This document shows, one piece after another, positions 1 to 7,640 of a stretch of DNA of 27,716 nucleotides. The stretch lies in IMG/VR virus record IMGVR_UViG_2534681772_000017; one strand, 5' to 3'. The translations under genes and the position numbers were made by a program. Positions within the stretch are counted from its first letter, which is position 1. Each line of letters starts with the position of its first letter. The notes under the pieces are model-generated. The model had not been told where the DNA came from. It did no database searches and was given only the letters and a program-made list of their open reading frames with translations. The DNA comes from a virus. Taxonomy: Duplodnaviria > Heunggongvirae > Uroviricota > Caudoviricetes.

Positions 1-17
1 AACACGAGCAAACAGAC

Positions 18-46
18 AAAAAAAGGGCCAGCCAATTGGCCAGCCC
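18..46 (-). terminator. Putative rho-independent terminator downstream of int
   Basis: Read on the minus strand, GGGCUGGCC-AAUU-GGCUGGCCC forms a 9-bp stem (two G-U pairs) followed by a run of U (plus-strand A-run 18-24). Could equally terminate a host gene at the prophage junction. Confidence 0.5.
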
Positions 47-172
47 TTCTTAACAGGATGTCGCTTAAGCGAAATCTTAGTTAAGACGCTCCTATTAACA
101 CCACCCAACAAACAAACACTTACCATATAAAACAATTAGTTAATGTAATTTTTAATGCAGCGAATTGCAGTG

Positions 173-1222
173 TTATGCAAGCTCTGCCGCCACATTGTCG
201 CCAACATATAGCGACAACGGATTAAGGGTAACAGCTTGCTCAAGATGGTCAGGCGCAAAGTGTGCATACTTCATTGTTTCTCGAATGTTGGCATGTCCGA
301 GTATTTTCTGCAGCACCAGTATATTTCCGCCGTTCATCATAAAATGCGCACCAAAGGTATGACGCAAAACATGAGTCTTCTGCCCTTCCGTCAGCTCAAT
401 GTTCGTAAGCTTGAGCATCTTCTTAAAGTCTTGATAGCAGGGTTTGAACATTCTCCCCTGACGTTCAGACAACTCGTCGTAGAGCCATTTAGGAATCGGA
501 ACCGTGCGATTCTTCTTACCTTTGGTTTTGGTGAAAGTCAGCTTGCATGGGGAAAGTTGGGGACGTGTAAGTCTCTCGGCTTCTCCCCATCGTGCGCCGG
601 TAGCCAAGCAAACCTTAACAATCATCGTAAGATTTTCTTTGCCATATTGTTCACAGGCTCGGAACAGCTCCGGGAGCTGAGACAAAGTTAGCCAGGACAT
701 TTCTTTCTCAGCTTCTTTGAATACGCGAATCCCGTCCAGTGGATTGGGTAAACTCCACTCCCCTAATCGTCGCAGTTCATTGAACACCGCTTCGAGGTAT
801 TGCTGCTCGCGATTGACAGTTATAGGTTTGGCGATCCACTTCGCCGGGTCTTTGTGATAGCCGTTGTCTATTTCGCCACGTAATCGACGGTCACGGTAAT
901 GAGCCCAATCTTTAGCGGTAAGACGAGATGCAATAGGGTCGCCCAACCCATTACATACAATTTGAAGCTTAGCTAACCGCGACTTACTGGCGACCAGCGC
1001 CTGTCCATGTAAATTATGCCAAAGCTGGATAATCTCACTTAAGCGTCGGCGGTCTTCTTTCTTACCGAGCCACGGCTTATCCTCACTCTCATTTTTCGTG
1101 AATGCCTCGAATGCCTCGGCCTCGCCTTTGGTGTTAAACTGTCGACGTATACGCCGCCCCTCCCGGCCATTTGGATAAAGCTCACAGAGCCATTTGCCAT
1201 TTTTCTGCTTACTAACAGTCAT
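173..1222 (-). CDS. int: Tyrosine site-specific integrase, P2/186 type
   Basis: 349-aa ORF with the C-terminal catalytic region of tyrosine recombinases (HVLRHTFGAH ... LGHANIRETMKYAH). Sits at the prophage edge, as in P2/186. SD GGGGTGA upstream of the ATG. Confidence 0.93.
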   Translation of the reverse strand: MTVSKQKNGKWLCELYPNGREGRRIRRQFNTKGEAEAFEAFTKNESEDKPWLGKKEDRRRLSEIIQLWHNLHGQALVASKSRLAKLQIVCNGLGDPIASRLTAKDWAHYRDRRLRGEIDNGYHKDPAKWIAKPITVNREQQYLEAVFNELRRLGEWSLPNPLDGIRVFKEAEKEMSWLTLSQLPELFRACEQYGKENLTMIVKVCLATGARWGEAERLTRPQLSPCKLTFTKTKGKKNRTVPIPKWLYDELSERQGRMFKPCYQDFKKMLKLTNIELTEGQKTHVLRHTFGAHFMMNGGNILVLQKILGHANIRETMKYAHFAPDHLEQAVTLNPLSLYVGDNVAAELA

Positions 1223-1251
1223 TACATCACCCCGACCGAGAAGCCATTTTC

Positions 1252-1656
1252 TTACTGCAAATCTTTCATTGTAGTAACATGCGTGTTCGACAAAATTGTG
1301 ATTTTAGACTGTTCTTCTTGTTCTTCTCCGGCCTTATCACAAGTTGCTTTTGGCTTCTCAAGCACATAACCCATAGCACTAAATTTATTGAGAATTCGAA
1401 CAGATGTAGTGTTTTTCAGATACGCAGTGTTTTCCTTATGTAGCCATGCAGGGGAACAAACGCTATAAACTGCGGTATCATAAATTTCAGGCGTAATACT
1501 TGCGGCATCCAAAACAACTGTAATCACGCCATTACTATCTTTTATCGACAGTGGTTGCATTTCGTTAAAGGATTTCTTCAGTACAGATAAGTTAGAGGGT
1601 TGAGCTGCTACTGTAAAAGAAGCGAGTAAAGCCAGAGCAAAAATAGAACGTTTCAT
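1252..1656 (-). CDS. Small secreted/periplasmic protein of unknown function (candidate lysogeny-expressed moron)
   Basis: Start refined to the internal Met (MKRSIFALALLASFTVAAQ...), which carries a classic Sec signal peptide and an AAGGA SD. The 134-aa product lies between cI and int on the same strand. Locally AT-rich compared with the rest of the prophage. No family recognised. Confidence 0.6.
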   Translation of the reverse strand: MKRSIFALALLASFTVAAQPSNLSVLKKSFNEMQPLSIKDSNGVITVVLDAASITPEIYDTAVYSVCSPAWLHKENTAYLKNTTSVRILNKFSAMGYVLEKPKATCDKAGEEQEEQSKITILSNTHVTTMKDLQ

Positions 1657-1669
1657 TATCGCATCATCC

Positions 1670-2512
1670 TTAGATATGTTTTTCCAGAGTAAATACAACA
1701 GCACCAGATGGTGTGATTTCTGATAGGTTGCATTCAAAATCAACAGACTTATTTGATAGCCTGACTTTATTACCCGGCAGTCGCACAACGTCGAAAACGT
1801 CGAACGCGCCATCTATCCCGATGAGCCAACGGCCATTGCCGATTTTGCATGCTGAATTATCGACAAGCCAAGATGAGCTAACGCCATCTACAAAAACCAA
1901 ATCATCAGAGTTAGCAGGAATCATTGATGGGTCAGGTTGCCAACGCCCAGCGTCTTTTAGCTCACCAGATTCAAGGCGGGATTTTTTTATCGTTAAAATG
2001 TCCGAAAAGCTAGCCTCCTTACTTTCTCGCATTTTCCCCTTTCCGGTCGCTAACCATTCCAGCGATACACCAGTATCAAGCGCGCATGTCACAACCACAT
2101 CACCGGGGAAGAAATCTCGTCTTACCCAGGTGCTGATAGTGCCTGAGGAGATATCCAACAAATCCCCAAGCTCCTTTTGCATTGTAAAACCATAGGCGTC
2201 AAGGATGCGCCTTAAAACAGGTTTTCCACCACTCGCCAAAATCTCGTCATAAAGTGCTTTTCCTTTCAACGGTGACGAATCTTGCAAATTCAAATTGGAA
2301 ATTTGACCAGTCAGCAGCCAGTTTAAATCAGCACCAGTATCTAATGAGCACTGAATGATGGCTTTGCCTGGAAAACTGTTTCGCTGAACCCAAGTGCTGA
2401 CGCTGTTTGACGGGACGCCAAGCACTTCCGCCAAAGCCTTTTGCGTGCTGACACCATACGCCGAACTTATCCGCTCAATCACATCTTGCGTATTCAAATC
2501 TTCATCATTCAT
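1670..2512 (-). CDS. cI: 186-type CI immunity repressor with tandemly duplicated N-terminal HTH domain
   Basis: 280 aa. Two consecutive copies of a Phage_CI_repr-like motif (ISSAYGVSTQKALAEVLGV...STWVQRNSFPG...CSLDTGADLNWLLTG and ILDAYGFTMQKELGDLLDI...STWVRRDFFPG...CALDTGVSLEWLATG), then a roughly 115-aa C-terminal domain. Divergent from the lytic operon, the usual immunity-region layout. Confidence 0.82.
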   Translation of the reverse strand: MNDEDLNTQDVIERISSAYGVSTQKALAEVLGVPSNSVSTWVQRNSFPGKAIIQCSLDTGADLNWLLTGQISNLNLQDSSPLKGKALYDEILASGGKPVLRRILDAYGFTMQKELGDLLDISSGTISTWVRRDFFPGDVVVTCALDTGVSLEWLATGKGKMRESKEASFSDILTIKKSRLESGELKDAGRWQPDPSMIPANSDDLVFVDGVSSSWLVDNSACKIGNGRWLIGIDGAFDVFDVVRLPGNKVRLSNKSVDFECNLSEITPSGAVVFTLEKHI

Positions 2513-2625
2513 TTATCAATCACTCAAAATCGATTTACAGGAACTCATTTTCGATTTAAAGTGGCATTCATCGACCAAGATGCACACCACTGCACTACAT
2601 TTCAAACAACAGGAGATAATGCGAT
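2513..2625. promoter_or_regulatory. Divergent immunity-region promoter/operator (pR/pL-like switch)
   Basis: 113-bp AT-rich gap between the divergent cI and apl-like genes. Contains the 10-bp palindrome AAATCGATTT (2527-2536), a second TCGATTT element 21 bp downstream (2551-2557) and a third TCGA core at 2571-2574. Confidence 0.6.
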
Positions 2626-2997
2626 ATGTCAGATGCAAAATCAATCTCGACGCACGACTCGCAAAACTCACAAAATCAAACTGTGCTGTTAGATCCAACG
2701 CAGTTTGATGCCATCGTTACCGCCATGCTTCCAGCTCTGCAGACAATGATTCGCTCCGCAATGTCCGACACCATGACAGTGAAAGACTTCGCCGCTACTC
2801 GCGGTGTTAGCGAGCGTCTGGTCTGGCAATGGCTCGATGAGGGCATCCTTCTCAAAGCTCCGACCAAAGACTTTTCCAACAAAGAGGAAGCCGCTAAACG
2901 AAGCCGAACCCTCGTAAACGTAAAAGCATGGCGCGATAAGCTGACTCAACAAGCGATTGATTGTCGCTACATCGACCAGCGCACCGCTCTTAACTGA
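2626..2997 (+). CDS. Apl/Cox-like small DNA-binding protein (lytic-switch regulator / excisionase-like)
   Basis: First gene of the rightward operon, divergent from cI. AGGAGA SD 9 nt upstream. Contains a probable HTH segment (TVKDFAATRGVSERLVWQWLDEGIL). Function assigned by position and motif, not strong identity. Confidence 0.5.
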   Translation: MSDAKSISTHDSQNSQNQTVLLDPTQFDAIVTAMLPALQTMIRSAMSDTMTVKDFAATRGVSERLVWQWLDEGILLKAPTKDFSNKEEAAKRSRTLVNVKAWRDKLTQQAIDCRYIDQRTALN

Positions 2998-3029
2998 ATT
3001 TGATTATGCAAGTTAGAGGGAATTTAACC

Positions 3030-3539
3030 ATGTTTGATTTTCAGGTTTCCAAACATCCCCACTATGACGATGCATGCCGCATTTTCGCGCAGCGTCACAA
3101 CATGGCGAAGCTGGCCGAGCGTGCGGGTATGAACGTTCAAACGTTACGTAACAAGCTCAACCCGGAACAGCCTCACCAGTTTACGCCGCCTGAATTGTGG
3201 CTACTGACTGACCTGACCGAAGACTCAACCCTCGTTGATGGTTTTTTGGCGCAGATTCATTGCCTGCCATGCGTGCCGGTTAATGAGCTGGCTAAAGACA
3301 AATTGCAGTCTTATGTCATGCGAGCAATGCGTGAACTCGGCGAGCTGGCGAGCGGTGCGGTATCTGATGAACGTCTGACCTCTGCCCGTAAGCACAACAT
3401 GATTGAAAGCGTTAATTCTGGCATTCGCATGTTGTCGTTGTCGGCGCTGGCGCTGCATGCGCGTCTGCAGACTAATCCCGCTATGTCGAGCGTCGTCGAT
3501 ACCATGAGCGGTATTGGCGCATCCTTCGGGCTGATTTGA
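3030..3539 (+). CDS. cII: Phage regulatory protein CII (186 CII / CP76 family)
   Basis: Start set at MFDFQVSKHPHYDD (SD GAGGGA 8 nt upstream), which closely resembles the 186 CII N-terminus as I recall it. Occupies the expected position after apl. Confidence 0.8.
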   Translation: MFDFQVSKHPHYDDACRIFAQRHNMAKLAERAGMNVQTLRNKLNPEQPHQFTPPELWLLTDLTEDSTLVDGFLAQIHCLPCVPVNELAKDKLQSYVMRAMRELGELASGAVSDERLTSARKHNMIESVNSGIRMLSLSALALHARLQTNPAMSSVVDTMSGIGASFGLI

Positions 3540-3546
3540 GGTGCGT

Positions 3547-3747
3547 ATGCTGAAAAGTGAACCGTCATTCGCGTCTCTGCTCGTTAAGCAAAGCCCTGGC
3601 ATGCACTACGGACACGGCTGGATCGCAGGTAAGGACGGCAAGCGCTGGCACCCGAGCCGCTCACAGGCTGATTTACTGGCTGGCCTCTCTACTCAAAAGC
3701 AGGGGGAATCATGGCTATCGAAGCTGTTTCCGCGACTGTTACGCTGA
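3547..3747 (+). CDS. Small early protein, possibly Fil-like (host filamentation / division inhibitor)
   Basis: 66-aa ORF with SD GAGGTG. Motif HYGHGWI...GKRWHP.RSQ..LL resembles Fil-family proteins of P2-like prophages as far as I recall; sits where 186 fil sits. Low certainty. Confidence 0.4.
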   Translation: MLKSEPSFASLLVKQSPGMHYGHGWIAGKDGKRWHPSRSQADLLAGLSTQKQGESWLSKLFPRLLR

Positions 3748-4049
3748 AAGCGGGTGAACGTCTGGCCGGTCTCAATCATGTAGCTGAATTGCGTGCGAGA
3801 TATTGGGGTGATAGCTGGAAAGAGGTCGAGCGTTTTGTCGATGATATGCGCGATAAACGCGATCCACTATTTGAAGAAAATAATCGGGCGCTGGCCGCTA
3901 TCTTCTTTCTGGCAAAAATACCGGCGGCTCGTCATGAGCTCGAATTAAGTGAGCTGACTACTGACGAGAAAAAGGCGCTTATTACAGCGATGAATCATTT
4001 TCGTGCAGTAGTGAGCTTATTTCCCAAACGGCTAACCATGCCGAATTAA
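3711..4049 (+). CDS. Hypothetical early protein (in the position of 186 dhr)
   Basis: 112-aa ORF with SD AGGGGGA directly upstream of the ATG. Overlaps the preceding ORF by 37 nt. No motif recognised. Confidence 0.45.
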   Translation: MAIEAVSATVTLKAGERLAGLNHVAELRARYWGDSWKEVERFVDDMRDKRDPLFEENNRALAAIFFLAKIPAARHELELSELTTDEKKALITAMNHFRAVVSLFPKRLTMPN

Positions 4050-4116
4050 TCCAAACAGAAATTTAATGGCGTAAACCCGCAGGGCTTCTTATTGCCCGAA
4101 ATCAGGAGAGTTAATT

Positions 4117-4344
4117 ATGCGTAATACCGAAATCCGTAGTTTTAACACTGATAGTGATGCGCTGGCCGTATTGCTGACCGATGCAAAAAAAGAGGAGCGT
4201 AAAGACCGCGCGCTCGCTGTTTCAATCCGTCTTGAGGCGCTGGCTATCCATATCACCAAAGAGGGCATGAGCGGCACCGAAGCTGCCGAACTGCTGCGCC
4301 GTGAAGCAACCCGCTTTGAGAATGAATCACAGGAGCTGCACTAA
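4117..4344 (+). CDS. Hypothetical small early protein (DUF2732-like)
   Basis: 75-aa ORF with SD AGGAGAG upstream. Its stop overlaps the next start (TAATG). Confidence 0.5.
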   Translation: MRNTEIRSFNTDSDALAVLLTDAKKEERKDRALAVSIRLEALAIHITKEGMSGTEAAELLRREATRFENESQELH

Positions 4345-4565
4345 TGGCCGACGCAATGGATTTTGCACAACAGCGTGAGCAGGAAGACCGCGAGCGCCAC
4401 ATCAACAACGCGCGCAGCCGTATCGCTGCGCCTTCTCGTTTCCTCTGCGAAGAATGTGACGCACCAATCCCGGAAGCTCGCCGCATTGCGATTCCGGGCG
4501 TGGCCTTTTGCGTGACCTGCCAGCAAATCGCAGAACTCAAATCTAAACATTACAGGGGTGTATAA
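4344..4565 (+). CDS. TraR/DksA-family C4 zinc-finger protein
   Basis: 73 aa with CEEC...(16 aa)...CVTC four-cysteine motif near the C-terminus, typical of phage TraR-like zinc fingers. Translationally coupled to its neighbours. Confidence 0.7.
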   Translation: MADAMDFAQQREQEDRERHINNARSRIAAPSRFLCEECDAPIPEARRIAIPGVAFCVTCQQIAELKSKHYRGV

Positions 4566-4838
4566 ATGGGTATACGTATCGAAGTCGGCGACAAATGGGT
4601 AATTACCAGTGACCAATATCAATTCATCCTGAATGAAAAGAAAGTCGCTCAATCCGGTAAGAAAGCTGGCGAGGAATGGCTCGACACCATCGGCTATTAC
4701 CCGAAGATTAACCAGCTTATTTCCGGGCTGATTCATCATCATATTCAGCAGTCATCAATTACCACGCTTGACGCAATGGCATCTGAAATTGAGCGTATCG
4801 GAGAAATGTGCGCCTCCTCTATCAAGGCGGTGGCATGA
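4566..4838 (+). CDS. Hypothetical early protein
   Basis: 90-aa ORF, start directly after the previous stop (TAAATG). Conserved position in P2-like early operons. Function unknown. Confidence 0.5.
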   Translation: MGIRIEVGDKWVITSDQYQFILNEKKVAQSGKKAGEEWLDTIGYYPKINQLISGLIHHHIQQSSITTLDAMASEIERIGEMCASSIKAVA

Positions 4839-5116
4839 GAAAAACACATCAACTAAAAATTCGGCCTGAGTTTTTTCAGGCTGTCATCAATGGAACAAAA
4901 AAAGCCGAGTTTCGCCGTGCTGACCGTGATTTTGCTGTAGGGGATTTACTTTGCTTAAACGAGTACGGAGCCTGCGTATATGACCCGAAAAAGGTCGGTT
5001 TTACCGGCGCTTTTGTCTACGTGCTGGTGACTCATGTAACTGACCTTAGCGAGTGGGCTCCCGGCTATGTGATGCTAAGCATACAGCGTAGACAAATGGG
5101 GGAACTATGCGGGTAA
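4835..5116 (+). CDS. ASCH/DUF3850-like small protein
   Basis: Start set at MRKTHQLKIRPEFF (ATGA overlap with the previous stop). Motif HQLKI..EFF..V..G.KKAEFRRADRDF.VGD.L fits the DUF3850/ASCH beta-barrel fold, which is predicted to bind RNA. Confidence 0.55.
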   Translation: MRKTHQLKIRPEFFQAVINGTKKAEFRRADRDFAVGDLLCLNEYGACVYDPKKVGFTGAFVYVLVTHVTDLSEWAPGYVMLSIQRRQMGELCG

Positions 5117-7341
5117 GCGTTAACTTTGCTTACCCGTGGAATGCCCCACGGTCGGCAATAGCCAGCCCATACCTTACATATGACCAACAGCATCGCCGCG
5201 ACCGTATGTTCGCGGCTTTGCTGCATGCGAGAAAAGTGCTTTCTCTCCAGCCCGAGTGCGTGCGCTTTGACGTTTATCGCACCGCTGCGGTGCTGGAGCA
5301 AAATCAGGGCAGTCAACGAGCCAATGCCTTTTTAATCAGCTTCTGCAAAAAGGCATTGCCACGTCTTGAACTGGTCGCAAAAAAATACGAGTGCGCGGGT
5401 ATCAACAGCAATGTATCAGCCGCTGTTTTCGATGGTCATTTTGATACCGAGCTTATGCAATATCTGGCGTCACGCATGGTTAATATGGTCGCCAGATATA
5501 ACCGCCTCCCTGACATGTCGCGCGCCGATATTGACCTGCTGGGCGCTGATATTGCTAATTTCATTCGCGCTGAACTGGCAGAGCATGACGACGCTGATTC
5601 TGATTTTGGTGAGCTGGCGACGCTGCATGGTTGGTATATGCGAGCAGGGTTAATTACGCTGCAGTTTGGCATTACTCCTCCGCATTGGGCGGGAACAACC
5701 ACAAAATACTTTGACCCGGATAAAGTTGCCCCGGCTATCGCTCGTATGTTTAACGATGTGTGGTGGCGTGGTCGCCTGCGTCGCATTGCGGCTGCATGGC
5801 GCGAACACCTGCAAATCGCAGTCGGAAATGTCAGCAAAAAACGACACGCATACGCGAGTAAAAACTGCGTGACCGACTGGCGTGAGCAAAAGCGCCGCAC
5901 GCGCGAGTTTCTCAAGGGGCTGGATCTCGAAGACGAAGACGGCAACCGCATCAGCCTGATTGAAAAATACGACGGTTCGGTCGCTAACCCTGCGATACGC
6001 CGCTGCGAGCTGATGACCCGCATCCGTGGGTTTGAAAACATCTGCAATGAGCTCGGTTATGTCGGTGAGTTTTACACCCTGACAGCACCGTCTAAATATC
6101 ACGCCACCACCAAAGCAGGCTACCGTAACAGTAAATGGAACGGAGCCAGCCCGTCGGACACGCAGAGTTATCTAACCGGCCTTTGGGCGCGCATTCGTGC
6201 CAAGTTGCACCGGGAAGAAATCCGCATTTTCGGCATACGTGTTGCCGAGCCTCATCACGACGGGACGCCTCACTGGCATATGCTTATGTTCATGCTGCCG
6301 GAAGACGTCGAGCGTGTGCGCCTCATCATTCGCGATTATGCGTGGGAGGAAGACCATCACGAACTGAGAAGCGATAAAGCCAAAAAGGCACGCTTTCACG
6401 CCGAGGCCATTGACCCGGAAAAAGGCAGCGCTACCGGCTATGTCGCTAAATACATTTCAAAAAATATCGACGGCTATGCTCTCGATGGTGAGACCGATGA
6501 CGAAAGCGGCGAACTACTGAAAGAGACAGCACCCGCCGTTTCAGCATGGGCGGCGCGCTGGCATATCCGTCAGTTTCAGTTTATCGGCGGTGCGCCGGTG
6601 ACGGTCTACCGTGAGTTGCGTCGTCTCGCCGATACCGAGACCGCGCACGGTCTGAGCGTTGAATTTGCCGCTGTCCATGATGCCGCTGACGCCGGTGACT
6701 GGGCTGGTTACGTTAATGCGCAGGGTGGGCCGTTTGTCCGTCGCGATGATTTGCAGGTGCGCACACTGTATGAACCGCGCGCTGATTTTAATCAGTATGG
6801 CGAGGAAACCGTCTGTATCCGTGGTGTTTACGACTCTGTTGTCGGCGCTGGTACCCCTATTTTAACCCGGTTAACGCAGTGGAAAATTGTGCCTAAGCGT
6901 GCCGTTGATTTGGCCGTTGACGTTAAGGGCGCTCCTGCGCCCTCTCGGAGTTCTGTCAATAACTGTACGGGAAGCGAAAGCGATCCACCGATACTGGATT
7001 TAACAAAACCGCTGAGTCGGCGTGAAAGACGAGAGCTGACGAACCGACTAAGGAAGCAAAAGCCAGCAATACGGCGAAAATTCATCCACGGAACGGATGA
7101 GCAAAACGCAGCTATAGCGAAAACTATCGACGAGATACATCTGACAACCGGCATTAATATCAGTCGGGGTGAAGCCCTGCACCTGATGGCCGGTGGTAAA
7201 AGTTGTTTTGATGGCAAATGGCTACGCGGAACGGCCAAAGGAGAAATATTTTCCGCTGCGCCATCGCATGAGGCTAAAGCTCGGAAAATCCTTAATCGTG
7301 TTGCGGCGATGGCTGAAGCATCAAAACCAATACATGATTAA
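5107..7341 (+). CDS. A: Replication initiation endonuclease, P2 gpA type (rolling-circle initiator)
   Basis: 744 aa. N-terminal YPWNAPR (P2 A has YAWNAPRE), HUH motif GTPHWHMLMF and the catalytic tyrosine motif GYVAKYISKNIDGYALDG. SD GGGGGA 4 nt before the ATG. Confidence 0.95.
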   Translation: MRVSVNFAYPWNAPRSAIASPYLTYDQQHRRDRMFAALLHARKVLSLQPECVRFDVYRTAAVLEQNQGSQRANAFLISFCKKALPRLELVAKKYECAGINSNVSAAVFDGHFDTELMQYLASRMVNMVARYNRLPDMSRADIDLLGADIANFIRAELAEHDDADSDFGELATLHGWYMRAGLITLQFGITPPHWAGTTTKYFDPDKVAPAIARMFNDVWWRGRLRRIAAAWREHLQIAVGNVSKKRHAYASKNCVTDWREQKRRTREFLKGLDLEDEDGNRISLIEKYDGSVANPAIRRCELMTRIRGFENICNELGYVGEFYTLTAPSKYHATTKAGYRNSKWNGASPSDTQSYLTGLWARIRAKLHREEIRIFGIRVAEPHHDGTPHWHMLMFMLPEDVERVRLIIRDYAWEEDHHELRSDKAKKARFHAEAIDPEKGSATGYVAKYISKNIDGYALDGETDDESGELLKETAPAVSAWAARWHIRQFQFIGGAPVTVYRELRRLADTETAHGLSVEFAAVHDAADAGDWAGYVNAQGGPFVRRDDLQVRTLYEPRADFNQYGEETVCIRGVYDSVVGAGTPILTRLTQWKIVPKRAVDLAVDVKGAPAPSRSSVNNCTGSESDPPILDLTKPLSRRERRELTNRLRKQKPAIRRKFIHGTDEQNAAIAKTIDEIHLTTGINISRGEALHLMAGGKSCFDGKWLRGTAKGEIFSAAPSHEAKARKILNRVAAMAEASKPIHD

Positions 7342-7401
7342 TTCATATCCATATCATGCACATACGGCAATCGCCCTATTCGTTTTTTTTCTTCCCATCT
7401 T

Positions 7402-7435
7402 TTGCCAATACGTGCTACTGTATAAATATACAGTA
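7402..7435 (+). promoter_or_regulatory. SOS-regulated promoter with LexA box
   Basis: TACTGTATAAATATACAGTA at 7416-7435 is a perfect CTGT-N8-ACAG LexA operator. It overlaps an AT-rich -10 region and lies downstream of a -35-like TTGCCA (7402-7407). Directly upstream of the 7455 ORF. Confidence 0.85.
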
Positions 7436-7454
7436 ACCCTATGGGAGGGATTTC

Positions 7455-7637
7455 ATGGTTGGCGAACATTTCAGCCGAACGCAGCAAAAGTGGGCTTGTG
7501 TGCAATTTATTGCCGAGGTATCTCTGATTGCAAACTGCAAGCCATCAGACTTAAAGCTCGCGCTCACTCTCATTGCAGACCTAGCAAACAGCGAAAATAA
7601 CGAAACCGAAGATGATATTTTTTATAAGGCTGATTAG
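7455..7637 (+). CDS. Small SOS-induced ORF, possible N-terminal part of a Tum-like antirepressor
   Basis: 60-aa ORF with SD GGGAGGGA 5 nt upstream, immediately downstream of the LexA box. Ends at a TAG that is in frame with the DinI-like ORF that follows. Confidence 0.45.
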   Translation: MVGEHFSRTQQKWACVQFIAEVSLIANCKPSDLKLALTLIADLANSENNETEDDIFYKAD

Positions 7638-7640
7638 ATT

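Noticed and set aside
165-691. Plus-strand ORFs 165-362 and 236-691 overlapping the integrase gene
   Set aside because: They are antisense to the well-supported integrase CDS and have no RBS or motif, so they are shadow ORFs.
3557-3757. Alternative-frame 66-aa ORF overlapping the Fil-like gene
   Set aside because: It lacks an RBS and has a Cys/Arg/Ser-rich translation. The overlapping 3547 ORF has a GAGGTG SD and a more protein-like sequence.
7193-7600. 135-aa plus-strand ORF spanning the end of gene A, the LexA-box promoter and the start of the SOS operon
   Set aside because: It reads through the promoter and operator in a different frame from the 7455 ORF that has the RBS. Its Cys/His/Arg-rich translation looks non-coding. 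The LexA-promoter plus 7455/7641 arrangement explains the region better.
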